Shown here: positions 24,944-34,059 of the stretch, piece after piece
Position numbering within the stretch: the stretch's first letter is position 1
How the letters are laid out: each line of letters opens with the position of its first letter
DNA from: an uncultured archaeon
GTDB lineage: Archaea; Aenigmatarchaeota; Aenigmatarchaeia; GW2011-AR5
Direction of reading: 5' to 3'
Length of the DNA stretch: 39,002 nt
NCBI GenBank assembly: GCA_964363955.1
Contig: CAYIKG010000001.1
Location: 1-39,002, forward strand
Position numbers and translations under genes: made by a program
Notes under the pieces: generated by a model
Seen by the model: the letters and a program-made list of their open reading frames with translations, nothing else
What the model was told of the DNA's origin: nothing
The model's database searches: none

Positions 24944-26101
24944 TTACCTTGCCTTTCTTTCCATGGCTTTGCGAACACGCTGGACAGCTATTTCCATAGC
25001 AGCATCGCGAGGCTTCGTTCTTTCTTTTTTTGACTTTTCAAGTATAAGCTTCACGTTCTTTTTTATTTTGCGCTCTACAAGTGCAAACATATCCTTTGGG
25101 TTGTAGCCACGGTATTCGGCGTAGCTCGATATGACACCTCCTGCATTAGCAACAAAGTCAGGGACGACAAGAGTACCACGCTTGTGCAGTTCGCTTTCTA
25201 TTTCAGCTGTCATTGGTATATTTGCACCTTCGACAACTATTTTTGCTTTTATTGAATTGACGTTTCCTTTGTTTATCGAATCTGGCAGCGCTGATGGGAT
25301 CAGTATATCAACAGTCAATGAGAACAGCTCTTCATTCTTCAGAACTTTTCCTGGCTTGTAATTGATCACGCTACCAGTTGACTTTTTTACATCCTCAAGA
25401 TTTTTTATATCCAGACCATTTTCATTGTATATAGTGCCTTTGCTGTCGCTGACTGCAACGATATTTGCACTAAATTTTTTCAAATATTCTGCTGCAAAAC
25501 TACCAACATTGCCAAAACCTTCTATTGCGACAGAAGCGCTGTTTATATCCATATCCCTGTGCTGGACAGCAATGGCAGTCGCATGAGCAACGCCAAAGCC
25601 AGTTGAACCAAATTCGTGCGGGATGCCGCATTTCTCGCCTTCCTTGCCGAATATTTTCATGCAGACATTTGCTGGTTTGCCTGTGCAGCTTTTCCACGAG
25701 CCATTTGCTTCAGCATACCATTTCATTTCTTCCTCAGCTGTATTAACATCTGGCGCTGCTATGTAGTGTCGGGGTGAAAGGGGCTTCAGTGCACGTGCAA
25801 ATGATTGGACAATTGCTTTTTTCTGATCTTTGCTGAGTTTTTTTGGATTAGCAATAATGCCAGATTTTGCCCCGCCAAATGGCAAATCAGCTAATGCGCA
25901 CTTCCATGTCATCGTTCGTGCCAAACGAAATACTTCCTCAACATCAACTGTAGGTGTCATTCTTATGCCACCTTTACCAGGCCCGCGCGCAGTATTATCG
26001 ATGACGAGAACTCCTTTCAAACCAACACTTGAATCGTATACTTCTATGACTTTTTCTGGTCCGAACTCGTCTGCAAATTTTTCTAGCTCCATAAAAATCA
26101 T
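24944..26101 (-). CDS. Glu/Leu/Phe/Val-family amino-acid dehydrogenase (glutamate dehydrogenase-like, short form)
   Basis: 385 aa. GPGKGGIRM, PFGGAKSGI, and a Rossmann motif GFGNVG. Confidence 0.85.
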   Translation of the reverse strand: MIFMELEKFADEFGPEKVIEVYDSSVGLKGVLVIDNTARGPGKGGIRMTPTVDVEEVFRLARTMTWKCALADLPFGGAKSGIIANPKKLSKDQKKAIVQSFARALKPLSPRHYIAAPDVNTAEEEMKWYAEANGSWKSCTGKPANVCMKIFGKEGEKCGIPHEFGSTGFGVAHATAIAVQHRDMDINSASVAIEGFGNVGSFAAEYLKKFSANIVAVSDSKGTIYNENGLDIKNLEDVKKSTGSVINYKPGKVLKNEELFSLTVDILIPSALPDSINKGNVNSIKAKIVVEGANIPMTAEIESELHKRGTLVVPDFVANAGGVISSYAEYRGYNPKDMFALVERKIKKNVKLILEKSKKERTKPRDAAMEIAVQRVRKAMERKAR

Positions 26102-27555
26102 TATTCCAGGTCGATCTGGGCTTTTTGCAACTTGCCGCTGTAATCAATGTAGACAGATTTTTCTTCTGAGAATTCTTCGATTCCTGTCCAGCCAGCTTCG
26201 CGTGTATTACCGCTGTGCTTTACACCACCAAAAGGCAAGTGAACTTCTGCGCCAATTGTGGATGAATTTATGTAAGTAATGCCAGCTTCTATGCGTTCGA
26301 TTGCTGCAAATGCATTTTTTATATTGTTTGTGTATATGCTAGACGATAATCCATATTCAATGCTGTTCATTACATCTATGGCTTCATCCAGATTTTTTAC
26401 TGATATTATGCTGAGTATAGGACCGAATATCTCTTCCTGGGCTATGCGCATATCATTATCGACATTAGCAAAGACAGTTGGCTGGAAGAAATATCCTTTG
26501 CCAGAAATCTTATTGCCGCCACAAACAAGCTTTGCGCCTTCGTCTTTGCCAATTTCTGTATATCTCTGTGTTTTTTCAAGTGCTGCTTTGTTGACAAGTG
26601 GTCCCATCTCGGTTTTTGACAGCAATCCATTACCTATACGTAATTTTTTTGCTCTTTCAACAATCATTTTCTGCAATTTCTCTTTTATTTTTTCGTGCAC
26701 AATAACCCGCGAACACGCTGTGCACCGCTGCCCTGTGGTGCTGAAAGCGCCCCATATGACGCCGTCAAGGGCTAGAGCCAAATCCGCGTCGTCCATGACT
26801 ATGATGCCATTTTTGCCGCCAAGCTCTAATCCAACTTTTTTTATGCCAGCTTCTTTGGCTATTATTTCGCCTGTTTCTCTATTTCCAGTAAATGAAATGC
26901 CACGCACTTTTTTGTGCCGCACGAGAGCCATTCCTGCTGTACTGCCAGGACCTGTAACTATATTTATCACTCCGCTAGGAACACCAGCTTTCACAAGTAT
27001 TTTCACAAATTCTATCGCGCACAGAGGCGTATCAGATGACGGTTTAAAGATCACTGTATTGCCGCAAGCCAGTGCAGGTGCAATTTTCCATGAAGGTATT
27101 GCTATTGGAAAGTTCCACGGTGTTATAAGGCCAGCAATGCCAATAGGGTGGCGCACTGTCATGCAGAATTTATTGCGCAATTCAGATGTTGTTGTGCGGC
27201 CAAAGAGCCGTCGGCCTTCGCCTGCCATATATTCAAATGTGTCTATAGCTTCCTGCACATCGCCACGCGCTTCAGCAAGTACTTTTCCCATCTCAATTGT
27301 CTCTAGACGCGCAAGCTTTTCTTTTTCAGTGCGCAACAATTGCGCAGCCTTTAGCAGTATCAATCCGCGCTTTGGTGCAGGCATTGCTGCCCATTTTTCT
27401 TTTGCTGATTCTGCTGCCTCGACAGCTGCTTCTATATCTTCCTCATTGCCCTGCTGAAAATGGCCAACAGCTTTTTCTGTTGCTGGATTTAAGCTTGAAA
27501 ATGTCTCGCCAGAAGAAGGCAGCCATTTTCCACCGATGAATAAGCCATATCGCAT
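26101..27555 (-). CDS. NAD(P)-dependent aldehyde dehydrogenase (succinate-semialdehyde dehydrogenase-like)
   Basis: 484 aa. FTGNRETG, ELGGKN, GQRCTACSR (catalytic Cys), EEIFGP. Confidence 0.9.
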   Translation of the reverse strand: MRYGLFIGGKWLPSSGETFSSLNPATEKAVGHFQQGNEEDIEAAVEAAESAKEKWAAMPAPKRGLILLKAAQLLRTEKEKLARLETIEMGKVLAEARGDVQEAIDTFEYMAGEGRRLFGRTTTSELRNKFCMTVRHPIGIAGLITPWNFPIAIPSWKIAPALACGNTVIFKPSSDTPLCAIEFVKILVKAGVPSGVINIVTGPGSTAGMALVRHKKVRGISFTGNRETGEIIAKEAGIKKVGLELGGKNGIIVMDDADLALALDGVIWGAFSTTGQRCTACSRVIVHEKIKEKLQKMIVERAKKLRIGNGLLSKTEMGPLVNKAALEKTQRYTEIGKDEGAKLVCGGNKISGKGYFFQPTVFANVDNDMRIAQEEIFGPILSIISVKNLDEAIDVMNSIEYGLSSSIYTNNIKNAFAAIERIEAGITYINSSTIGAEVHLPFGGVKHSGNTREAGWTGIEEFSEEKSVYIDYSGKLQKAQIDLE

Positions 27556-27634
27556 AATAGAATATGTACTTTGCCAATTAAAGATTTTTATTTCATAGAA
27601 CTACAGCATAAAACTTTTATAAGACAGTCAATAT

Positions 27635-28261
27635 ATGAGTCTTATGGTATGGAGAATATTTGTAGCTATAATTATAGCTCTTGCTATAATTGCTGTCATA
27701 CTTTCATCAAATCCGCAGGTATCAGAATTCTTCTCCAATATTTTCGGCAAATTTTCTTTCGAACAAGAAGAAGAAAAAAGGAATATTAAGTTCACATTAC
27801 TATTGGACAGTTATGAAAAAATATCATACATTTCTTCAAGACCTGTGAACATATCAATGAGTGCAAAACAGTTTGAAACCACTATAGGCGAAGCTTTTGT
27901 AAACGTGACAGAGAAGGACGTTTCTGTAACCAACTACAAAGGTAAGATAGAAATAAATGGCAGCAACGTCGATCTCGAAGGCAGTTTTGAAGGCTTGCTC
28001 ATACCAGGTATAGCAAGCTTTTCAGGCGGAAATATAGGTGTTTTAACAGAATTCAATAACCTGCAGTTAGAGAATTTCGGACCAAAGAAATTATCAATTA
28101 ACACTACAGGAACACTTGTCATCGGCTCATCTGAAAGCAGATTCAATGGAACAATAAACATTGACTCAGCTATTGGCAATTTTACATTCGGCGATAAATT
28201 AAATATGATCGGCAAAGCAAAGAAGATATCAATACCTAGTGCTGGTATTAGTATTGGGTAG
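27635..28261 (+). CDS. Hypothetical membrane-anchored protein
   Basis: N-terminal hydrophobic helix (WRIFVAIIIALAIIAVIL), then a beta-rich repetitive body. No family recognised. Confidence 0.55.
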   Translation: MSLMVWRIFVAIIIALAIIAVILSSNPQVSEFFSNIFGKFSFEQEEEKRNIKFTLLLDSYEKISYISSRPVNISMSAKQFETTIGEAFVNVTEKDVSVTNYKGKIEINGSNVDLEGSFEGLLIPGIASFSGGNIGVLTEFNNLQLENFGPKKLSINTTGTLVIGSSESRFNGTINIDSAIGNFTFGDKLNMIGKAKKISIPSAGISIG

Positions 28262-28263
28262 AT

Positions 28264-28584
28264 ATGAAACAACTGAAATTTTCTGAACCATTGCCTAAGC
28301 TGATTCTTCAGGGCAAGAAGCATACAACGTGGAGAATACACGACAAAAGGGGCATTAAAGCAGACGATATCTTGTCTCTTTGCTATAATAATGGTAAAGA
28401 ATTTGCAAGAGTAAGGACGATTAAAATAAGACTAACTACCTTCGGAAAATTGACAAAAGAAGATAAGGAAGGCCATGAAGAATTCTTGTCAGACAAAGAA
28501 ATGTACCAGACTTATTCAAAATATTACAAAATTAAAGTTACACCAAAAACAAAAGTGAAGATTATTAAGTTCAAGCTAATCTAA
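28264..28584 (+). CDS. ASCH (PUA-like) domain protein
   Basis: 106 aa. The F.EPLPKLILQGKKHTTWR start is typical of ASCH domains. Confidence 0.7.
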   Translation: MKQLKFSEPLPKLILQGKKHTTWRIHDKRGIKADDILSLCYNNGKEFARVRTIKIRLTTFGKLTKEDKEGHEEFLSDKEMYQTYSKYYKIKVTPKTKVKIIKFKLI

Positions 28585-28613
28585 TTCTATTCCTCTTCCC
28601 CATCTTCTTTTTC

Positions 28614-28937
28614 TTATTCCTTCTTCTTGCCATTTCGCGGCTTGGAGATTTTTTTCACACCCTTTTCAGCAGCGCCGAGTATGGTGTATACAGATTTTGT
28701 TATAATATAAAAGACGTAAAGGCCAAGACCGAGTGTAATGAAAAATATTACTGATGCGATGTCTGCTGCCACTGGAAGACCAAACCAGTTTGTCACTATA
28801 GGAAATAGTGCAGATGCCACCGCAATGAAAATAGAGTTTTTTATTATCTGCAGTGCCTTTTTGAATGCAAGGATAAAAAGTATAAAAATAATAATAATCA
28901 GAACAGACTCTGTTCCGCCAAAAAGATCAAATGCCAT
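28614..28937 (-). CDS. Small integral membrane protein (about 3 transmembrane segments), Lys-rich tail
   Basis: Three long hydrophobic segments. It overlaps the PHP gene stop by 11 nt. Confidence 0.5.
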   Translation of the reverse strand: MAFDLFGGTESVLIIIIFILFILAFKKALQIIKNSIFIAVASALFPIVTNWFGLPVAADIASVIFFITLGLGLYVFYIITKSVYTILGAAEKGVKKISKPRNGKKKE

Positions 28938-29778
28938 AAATCTTGTTTCCTATTTCTTTCGCAGCGCTGTAAGTTATCACGCTTCCAAGGGAGAAATATG
29001 CTATGGATTTGAAAAGAAAGTCTGTCCGACCAGGGTAACAGTTTACAAGCGAGAGCATTCTCTTGCTAATAAGCTTTTTTGGCTGTCCATAATTCTCGTC
29101 TATATAGTTTGAAACAAAATCATAAGAAATTTTAAGTCTGTGTAAGCTCCAGTCCATTATGATCTTTATCGGTATGTATTTCTTTGTGGCCACGCTCGCC
29201 CGACCTTTTTTTATGGCATTTAGTACGTGATCCATGCTATTCGCATCAGGCAGCTCAGTGAGTCCAAGTCCCATCATGTCAATGGAATGTGCGTCGCTTC
29301 CTGCTATCATAGGCACTTTATTTTTCATTGCAAATCTCAGGCTCTTGAAATTTGATATCCTGTCGACATTTATTGAATTGAACACTTCCATGGCGTCGCA
29401 TTCTTTTGCAAGGTCTTTTATGCCATCATTGTTTATGTCAAAAGCATGTGGTGCAGTAGCTATACCACCTTGGTCATGTATAGCATCGATGGTCTCGTGC
29501 ACGCTCATCCCTGGCTTTACTTTCTCTTGTATACCCAGTGCTATCATGTGACCGCTTGCTGTAGTGATTTCCTCTGCTGGTACGACTATTAAACCAAGCT
29601 TCTTTCCTAGCTTTACAGCCTCCTGAGAACCGCGAAACTCATCATGATCAGAAATAGCTATAATGTCTATACCAAGGCGTTTTGCATGAATCAGTATATC
29701 CTTTGGCGAATCCATGCCTTCGTGCGGCACTTTTATGCGCTTCGAATATATCGAGTGACAGTGCAATTCTGCTAACAT
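28927..29778 (-). CDS. PHP-domain metal-dependent phosphoesterase
   Basis: AELHCHSIYS, IIAISDHD, and GSDAHS motifs. Confidence 0.85.
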   Translation of the reverse strand: MLAELHCHSIYSKRIKVPHEGMDSPKDILIHAKRLGIDIIAISDHDEFRGSQEAVKLGKKLGLIVVPAEEITTASGHMIALGIQEKVKPGMSVHETIDAIHDQGGIATAPHAFDINNDGIKDLAKECDAMEVFNSINVDRISNFKSLRFAMKNKVPMIAGSDAHSIDMMGLGLTELPDANSMDHVLNAIKKGRASVATKKYIPIKIIMDWSLHRLKISYDFVSNYIDENYGQPKKLISKRMLSLVNCYPGRTDFLFKSIAYFSLGSVITYSAAKEIGNKIYGI

Positions 29779-29819
29779 AACAATCTATAATTGACATCCA
29801 ATTTTATAAAGGTTTTCTG

Positions 29820-30086
29820 CTATCCATATCTCTTCTTGAGAACGGCTAGTATGAATACTGCGATTGCAAGAAGCGAATTGGTGATGTATATGAAGGGATC
29901 TGCTTTGATTAAACCGTAGGCAATCCAGAAAAGATCATTTGCTATTCCTATCAGTATAGTGAACCACGCTAAATCTTTTGTTTTTTTTGTCTTCCAAGAG
30001 GTATAAACCTGCGGAAAGAAAAGGCTTGCGGCTGTAATGGAGCCAAATAAACCAATTACAGATACGAGCTCAGCCATAAACATCAA
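29820..30086 (-). CDS. SemiSWEET / PQ-loop family transporter (3 transmembrane segments)
   Basis: 88 aa. FFPQVYTSWKTKKTKDL PQ-loop motif, three hydrophobic helices, family-typical length. Confidence 0.8.
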   Translation of the reverse strand: MMFMAELVSVIGLFGSITAASLFFPQVYTSWKTKKTKDLAWFTILIGIANDLFWIAYGLIKADPFIYITNSLLAIAVFILAVLKKRYG

Positions 30087-30871
30087 ACATAAATCTCGAT
30101 TACGTCGCCGTCTTCAAGCTTATAATTTAATCCTGCCTGCACAAACTTGTTGCCGCGCATTATGCGCGCAAAACGGAAGTTCTTGACAAAGTCTTTGTGC
30201 ACACGCTCTGCAAAGTCACGGACAATAGAGTTTTTTTCCAATGCCATAGGAGTACCAGTTTTTTTAGCATAAACGATTATCAAGCCAAGCATGCCCCATA
30301 TGTCTTTCCTTATCTGCTGCAGATCGTTTTTCCACGGATTTGCAAAAAGATAATTCTGCTTTATGTAATGCGCTTCTAAAAGTTCTTTCAGGTGCTGCTT
30401 ATCACTGTCATTCCTATAAGCCAAAACAACTGCATCACTATTTCTCGCGATGCTGATGTATTCTGGCAAAAATGTAGATGGTATCTCGATGAGCTGTAGT
30501 TTGATGCCATTATAATCCATTGTGCCTATTGCTGGCCTTGTCGTTGTGTAAGCATTCTCTGAAATTTTTGGCTCTGCCCTTGTAAGCTTTGACAAGAGCC
30601 ACGATTTTCCAGAATTTGTCAGGCCAATAATGCATATTTGTGCCTCGCCTTCTTTTTTGATGCCTTCTTTGTGTGCGCCGCCTTTTTTCGATGTTTCTTT
30701 CCTTAGTTTTGCAAGCCTCGATTTGAGCTGTGCGTACATCTTCTCGCTGCCATGATGCCTTGGCAATAAGCGGATCATATCTTCTAAAGCGAGCACTTTC
30801 TCTTCATGCGTCTTGGCACTCTTGAATCGCTCTTCTGCCTTGAAATATTCGACTGGGGCGTTGACTGGCAT
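30083..30871 (-). CDS. DRG/Rbg-like GTP-binding protein with TGS-like C-terminus and degenerate G3/G4 motifs
   Basis: N-terminal helical LKSRLAKLRKE, G1 GLTNSGKS, G2 TTT. IEIPS replaces DxxG, there is no NKxD, and the C-terminus is LEDGDVIEIYV. Confidence 0.75.
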   Translation of the reverse strand: MPVNAPVEYFKAEERFKSAKTHEEKVLALEDMIRLLPRHHGSEKMYAQLKSRLAKLRKETSKKGGAHKEGIKKEGEAQICIIGLTNSGKSWLLSKLTRAEPKISENAYTTTRPAIGTMDYNGIKLQLIEIPSTFLPEYISIARNSDAVVLAYRNDSDKQHLKELLEAHYIKQNYLFANPWKNDLQQIRKDIWGMLGLIIVYAKKTGTPMALEKNSIVRDFAERVHKDFVKNFRFARIMRGNKFVQAGLNYKLEDGDVIEIYV

Positions 30872-30914
30872 GATAAATAAAGCATGAGAAAGGAAATAAA
30901 GTTATTTGCAATGG

Positions 30915-33863
30915 TTATGCTTGACTGATGCAGAATGCGCCGTAGCTCCTGCACACAAGAGTTTGCCCTGCGTCACACGGTCTGTAGCATTTTTTGCCGC
31001 ATATTATTGAATCTGAAGATTTGCATGTTATAGGGGTATCTTTGCCGCCTCTTTCTGCTTCTTCTACGCAGTAGGCGCCGTAGCTTCTGCATACAAGAGT
31101 CTGTCCTGATGCACAAGGCCTGTAGCATCTCTTATTGCAGATTATTGAATCTGGAAGATTGCACGTTATCGGCAGTGTCGTTGCAGTAGTTGAACTTGTC
31201 GTCGTGCTAGTTGTCGTAGTCGTCACGCAAGTTCCGACGCAGTCAGTGCAGCCTTCTGGAATATCGCATATAGATCCGTCTGGGCATTGTACACCATCAA
31301 TGCCGCCGCAGGCAATAGGTGTTGTAGTTGTCGTTGTAGTCGTGCATTCGCCATTTGTGCACGTCCTTCCAAGAGGGCAGTGTGATAACGGGCTCCACTC
31401 AAGGCAATCGTCATTATCAAAGTAGCCGCATATTCTGAAATCATCTCCACTGCAGCCAGCTTGCAGAAAAGATGGGCATTCGTCTGAGCAACCACCAGAC
31501 GTTGTCGTGCTTGTAGTTGATGATGATGTGGAGCTACTCGAAGTTGACGTACTCGAGCTGCTTGATGTTGAGCTTGAAGTACTTGAACTTGACGATGTTG
31601 AACTCGTTGAGCTGCTTGTAGTAGTTGACGACGTTGTCGTACTCGAACTTGTCGTCGATCCAGTGCAGCTTGGGCTTTCAACGCATTGGACCTGGATATC
31701 GCATCCGCTGTTGCATATCCTTGTTCTTAGCAGCTGATTAGGCAGGCAATAGTCTCCGCATACTGCGTCTGTCCATGGAGTGCAGGAACAACCGCCTGGC
31801 TGTGTTGAAGGTGTCCCACTTGCTTGGCAAATCCCGCCAGAGCACGTTCCAGAGGGGCAGTTCACAACAGGACTCCACTCAAGGCAATTATCGCCATCAA
31901 GATTGCCGCAAACCATGAAACCATTGCCACTGCATTGGAGTTGCCCCCATGATGAACATTCATTCGAGCAAGCAGCTGGCTGGGTTGTTGTAGTGCTGCT
32001 GCTTGTTGTGGTGCTGCTTGTCGTTGCACTGCCAGCTACAACTGTAAGCTTATTTTTAACACAGTTGTTATTTTCATCTGATTCAGCAACTGCATTGTTG
32101 ATATCTGCACAAATTTCGAATTCATGTACTCCTACAGCCGCAGTCCATATATTGGACCAAGTCTCAAATTCATATCCATTGACTGCCAAAGAGCCTGTTG
32201 AAGTTACTTGCTGGATATTCCATGACCCATCAGAACCTATGTCAAGCCTGAAGCGCGTTGTTGACGAGCCAGCAGCAGCACCAGCATTTTTTACAATGCC
32301 AGAGAAAGTCATTTTACTGCCTGCTACGGGATTTAGCGGCTCTGTTGCACGCGGCTCTATAGTCAAGTCAGGTTTGAATATTGTTGTGACTGTCGTTACA
32401 GTTGTTGGAGTAGTTGTTGTCGAATCAATAACGCAATAGCATTGTGTATTAGGATATACACTTGAACAGCTGTTAGTGCCTGTATCGCCTGCAGAATTGT
32501 GCTGCCATCTTTTTATGTCCCCTCCTTGTATATTGACCCCTCTGATTTCACCATAAGACAATGGCCAGCACATGGCTTTCCAAAGATTCTCGCCAGTCAT
32601 TGATTTGGCGACTAATGCCTGACCTCCGCACGCTGTGTGGCATCTTGTAGCTTCCTGTGCAGGAGGGGCGGTTGGTGTTGTTGTGGTGGTTGTCGTTGGT
32701 GTGCTAGTTGGTTTGCAGCAAACACCAGAGCTAGTAGATGTTCCGCCAGAGAATAGCTGGCATGTTCCAGATTTGGTTTCAGTGCTTAAGCAAGAAGATT
32801 TGCATGTATAACCAGAAGTGCAAGACTGTGCTGTTGTGCTTTTTGCTTTACAGCCATAAACAGGGAGACCGCCAGAAGATCCTGTCTGAGCCCATTCACA
32901 ACCTGTTACACTAGTACAAGCTGATTGCGAGCATGATCCACAGTTTGATGATGAACAGCCAGGTTGTGTTGGAGTTGTAGCAGATACAGTCAGGCTTCGT
33001 GATCCAGATTCTCCGGAATCTGCAGTGTCGCCATCGCCGTTCCTATCAAAACATGCGTAGTAAGTATAAGTTCCTGTGGATGAAGGTGCTTGGAATCTAG
33101 CAGAACAAGCTTGCCCCTCTGATATGCAGGCTATTACTTGATTCCCTGAACAGGAGCCTTGTCTTATATCGATCCTTTTTCCATTGCAATTCATTAGATT
33201 TGTGGCAAAAAATGTGACTGTGGCACTTGGTGCAACAGAAACTGAATCAAGTGTTAATAAGATATTGCCTGAACATGTCGTTGGTGTGCTAGTTGGTTTA
33301 CAACAAACACCATTAGCTGTACCTTGAGGGCCGATAAGAGGACATCTTTTGTTGAATTCTGTAATTTGGCCACTTGGGCAAGCAGCACCAGCTGTGCATG
33401 TATAAGTAGAAGCACATTGTTGGGTTGGAGTTGTTGTGGTGGTTGTGGTTCCGCCTATACATCCGCTAGTAGCACTGCACGACTGCCCAGTCCTTAATGT
33501 GCACTTGCTCAAGCTACACGTGCCAGCTGAATTGCATGCAGACGAACCATAATAACATGTGCCACTACTAACAGTTCCGGAAACAGGGCAGTAATCTTTA
33601 TACCCGCATACTGGTCGGGAGTTATCATAATAGCTATAAAAGCAAAAGTTATTGACCCTACAATAGGCGGGTCCGTTGCATACTGAAGGCCCACTGCATG
33701 GATTACTACTCTGTGGAAGCCCTATTTGAAATCCGGTAATCGGCGATATGCCATAGCTCCCGTAGAAGAACTTGGTTAATTCACTTGCAAAGTCAATTGG
33801 AGCAGCGAATGCGAGAGATGATAAAATGATGGATGCTAGTATAATTTTAGCTGATTTGGCCAT
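30915..33863 (-). CDS. 982-aa secreted or cell-surface modular protein, Cys-rich with poly-Thr/Ser linkers and a CARDB-like domain
   Basis: N-terminal signal/anchor (MAKSAKIILASIILSSLAFAAP). Cys-rich throughout, with three pairs of duplicated Cys-rich modules, T/S linkers, and a CARDB-like segment (KPDLTIEP...GSKMTFSGIVKNAG...ESDENNNC). Confidence 0.8.
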   Translation of the reverse strand: MAKSAKIILASIILSSLAFAAPIDFASELTKFFYGSYGISPITGFQIGLPQSSNPCSGPSVCNGPAYCRVNNFCFYSYYDNSRPVCGYKDYCPVSGTVSSGTCYYGSSACNSAGTCSLSKCTLRTGQSCSATSGCIGGTTTTTTTPTQQCASTYTCTAGAACPSGQITEFNKRCPLIGPQGTANGVCCKPTSTPTTCSGNILLTLDSVSVAPSATVTFFATNLMNCNGKRIDIRQGSCSGNQVIACISEGQACSARFQAPSSTGTYTYYACFDRNGDGDTADSGESGSRSLTVSATTPTQPGCSSSNCGSCSQSACTSVTGCEWAQTGSSGGLPVYGCKAKSTTAQSCTSGYTCKSSCLSTETKSGTCQLFSGGTSTSSGVCCKPTSTPTTTTTTTPTAPPAQEATRCHTACGGQALVAKSMTGENLWKAMCWPLSYGEIRGVNIQGGDIKRWQHNSAGDTGTNSCSSVYPNTQCYCVIDSTTTTPTTVTTVTTIFKPDLTIEPRATEPLNPVAGSKMTFSGIVKNAGAAAGSSTTRFRLDIGSDGSWNIQQVTSTGSLAVNGYEFETWSNIWTAAVGVHEFEICADINNAVAESDENNNCVKNKLTVVAGSATTSSTTTSSSTTTTQPAACSNECSSWGQLQCSGNGFMVCGNLDGDNCLEWSPVVNCPSGTCSGGICQASGTPSTQPGGCSCTPWTDAVCGDYCLPNQLLRTRICNSGCDIQVQCVESPSCTGSTTSSSTTTSSTTTSSSTSSTSSSSSTSSSTSSSSSTSTSSSSTSSSTTSTTTSGGCSDECPSFLQAGCSGDDFRICGYFDNDDCLEWSPLSHCPLGRTCTNGECTTTTTTTTPIACGGIDGVQCPDGSICDIPEGCTDCVGTCVTTTTTSTTTSSTTATTLPITCNLPDSIICNKRCYRPCASGQTLVCRSYGAYCVEEAERGGKDTPITCKSSDSIICGKKCYRPCDAGQTLVCRSYGAFCISQA
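30918..31175 (-). repeat. Tandem duplication of a ~40-aa Cys-rich C-terminal module
   Basis: PITCNLPDSIICNKRCYRPCASGQTLVCRSYGAYC (31044-31175) versus PITCKSSDSIICGKKCYRPCDAGQTLVCRSYGAFC (30918-31037). The two copies are clearly alignable at nucleotide level. Confidence 0.85.
31497..31661 (-). repeat. 55-codon Ser/Thr-only low-complexity tract
   Basis: Encodes STTSSSTTTSSTTTSSSTSSTSSSSSTSSSTSSSSSTSTSSSSTSSSTTSTTTS. The DNA consists of degenerate short tandem units (gtNgaNga on the plus strand). Confidence 0.85.
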
Positions 33864-33885
33864 ATTCTTAATTTCATTTGAACGG

Positions 33886-33897
33886 TATATATAATTA
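33886..33897 (-). promoter_or_regulatory. TATA-like box (taattatatata on the minus strand) upstream of the large surface-protein gene
   Basis: Its centre is about 28 nt upstream of ATG 33863. Confidence 0.4.
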
Positions 33898-34059
33898 CTG
33901 GTGAGATTACCTTAACTAAGCGGATGATAAACATCTCCAAAATTTCATTTTTGTAGGTTTGCGACCATTTCTTACTGTGGTAGGGCCACAGTTCTGGCAC
34001 AACATAGTAATCACCAATTACATGTTTGCCAAGGCCCTTCCTTATAAATCATCCTTTAA

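Noticed and set aside
26279-27457. 392-aa plus-strand ORF
   Set aside because: It lies entirely antisense to the aldehyde dehydrogenase gene, which has unambiguous family motifs. Its S/P/A/F-rich low-information composition is typical of a shadow ORF.
31223-32439. Alternative-frame and antisense ORFs inside the surface-protein gene (31223-31681 minus, 31780-32439 plus, and others)
   Set aside because: They are products of the repetitive Ser/Thr/Cys codon composition (poly-V/L/D or Q/R/A translations). The 982-aa frame, with its signal peptide and duplicated Cys modules, explains the region.
30915-33863. Diversity-generating retroelement target, or phase-variable gene, for the surface protein
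   Set aside because: There is no reverse transcriptase and no template-repeat/variable-repeat pair with A-specific mismatches anywhere in the window. Only simple low-complexity tracts are present.
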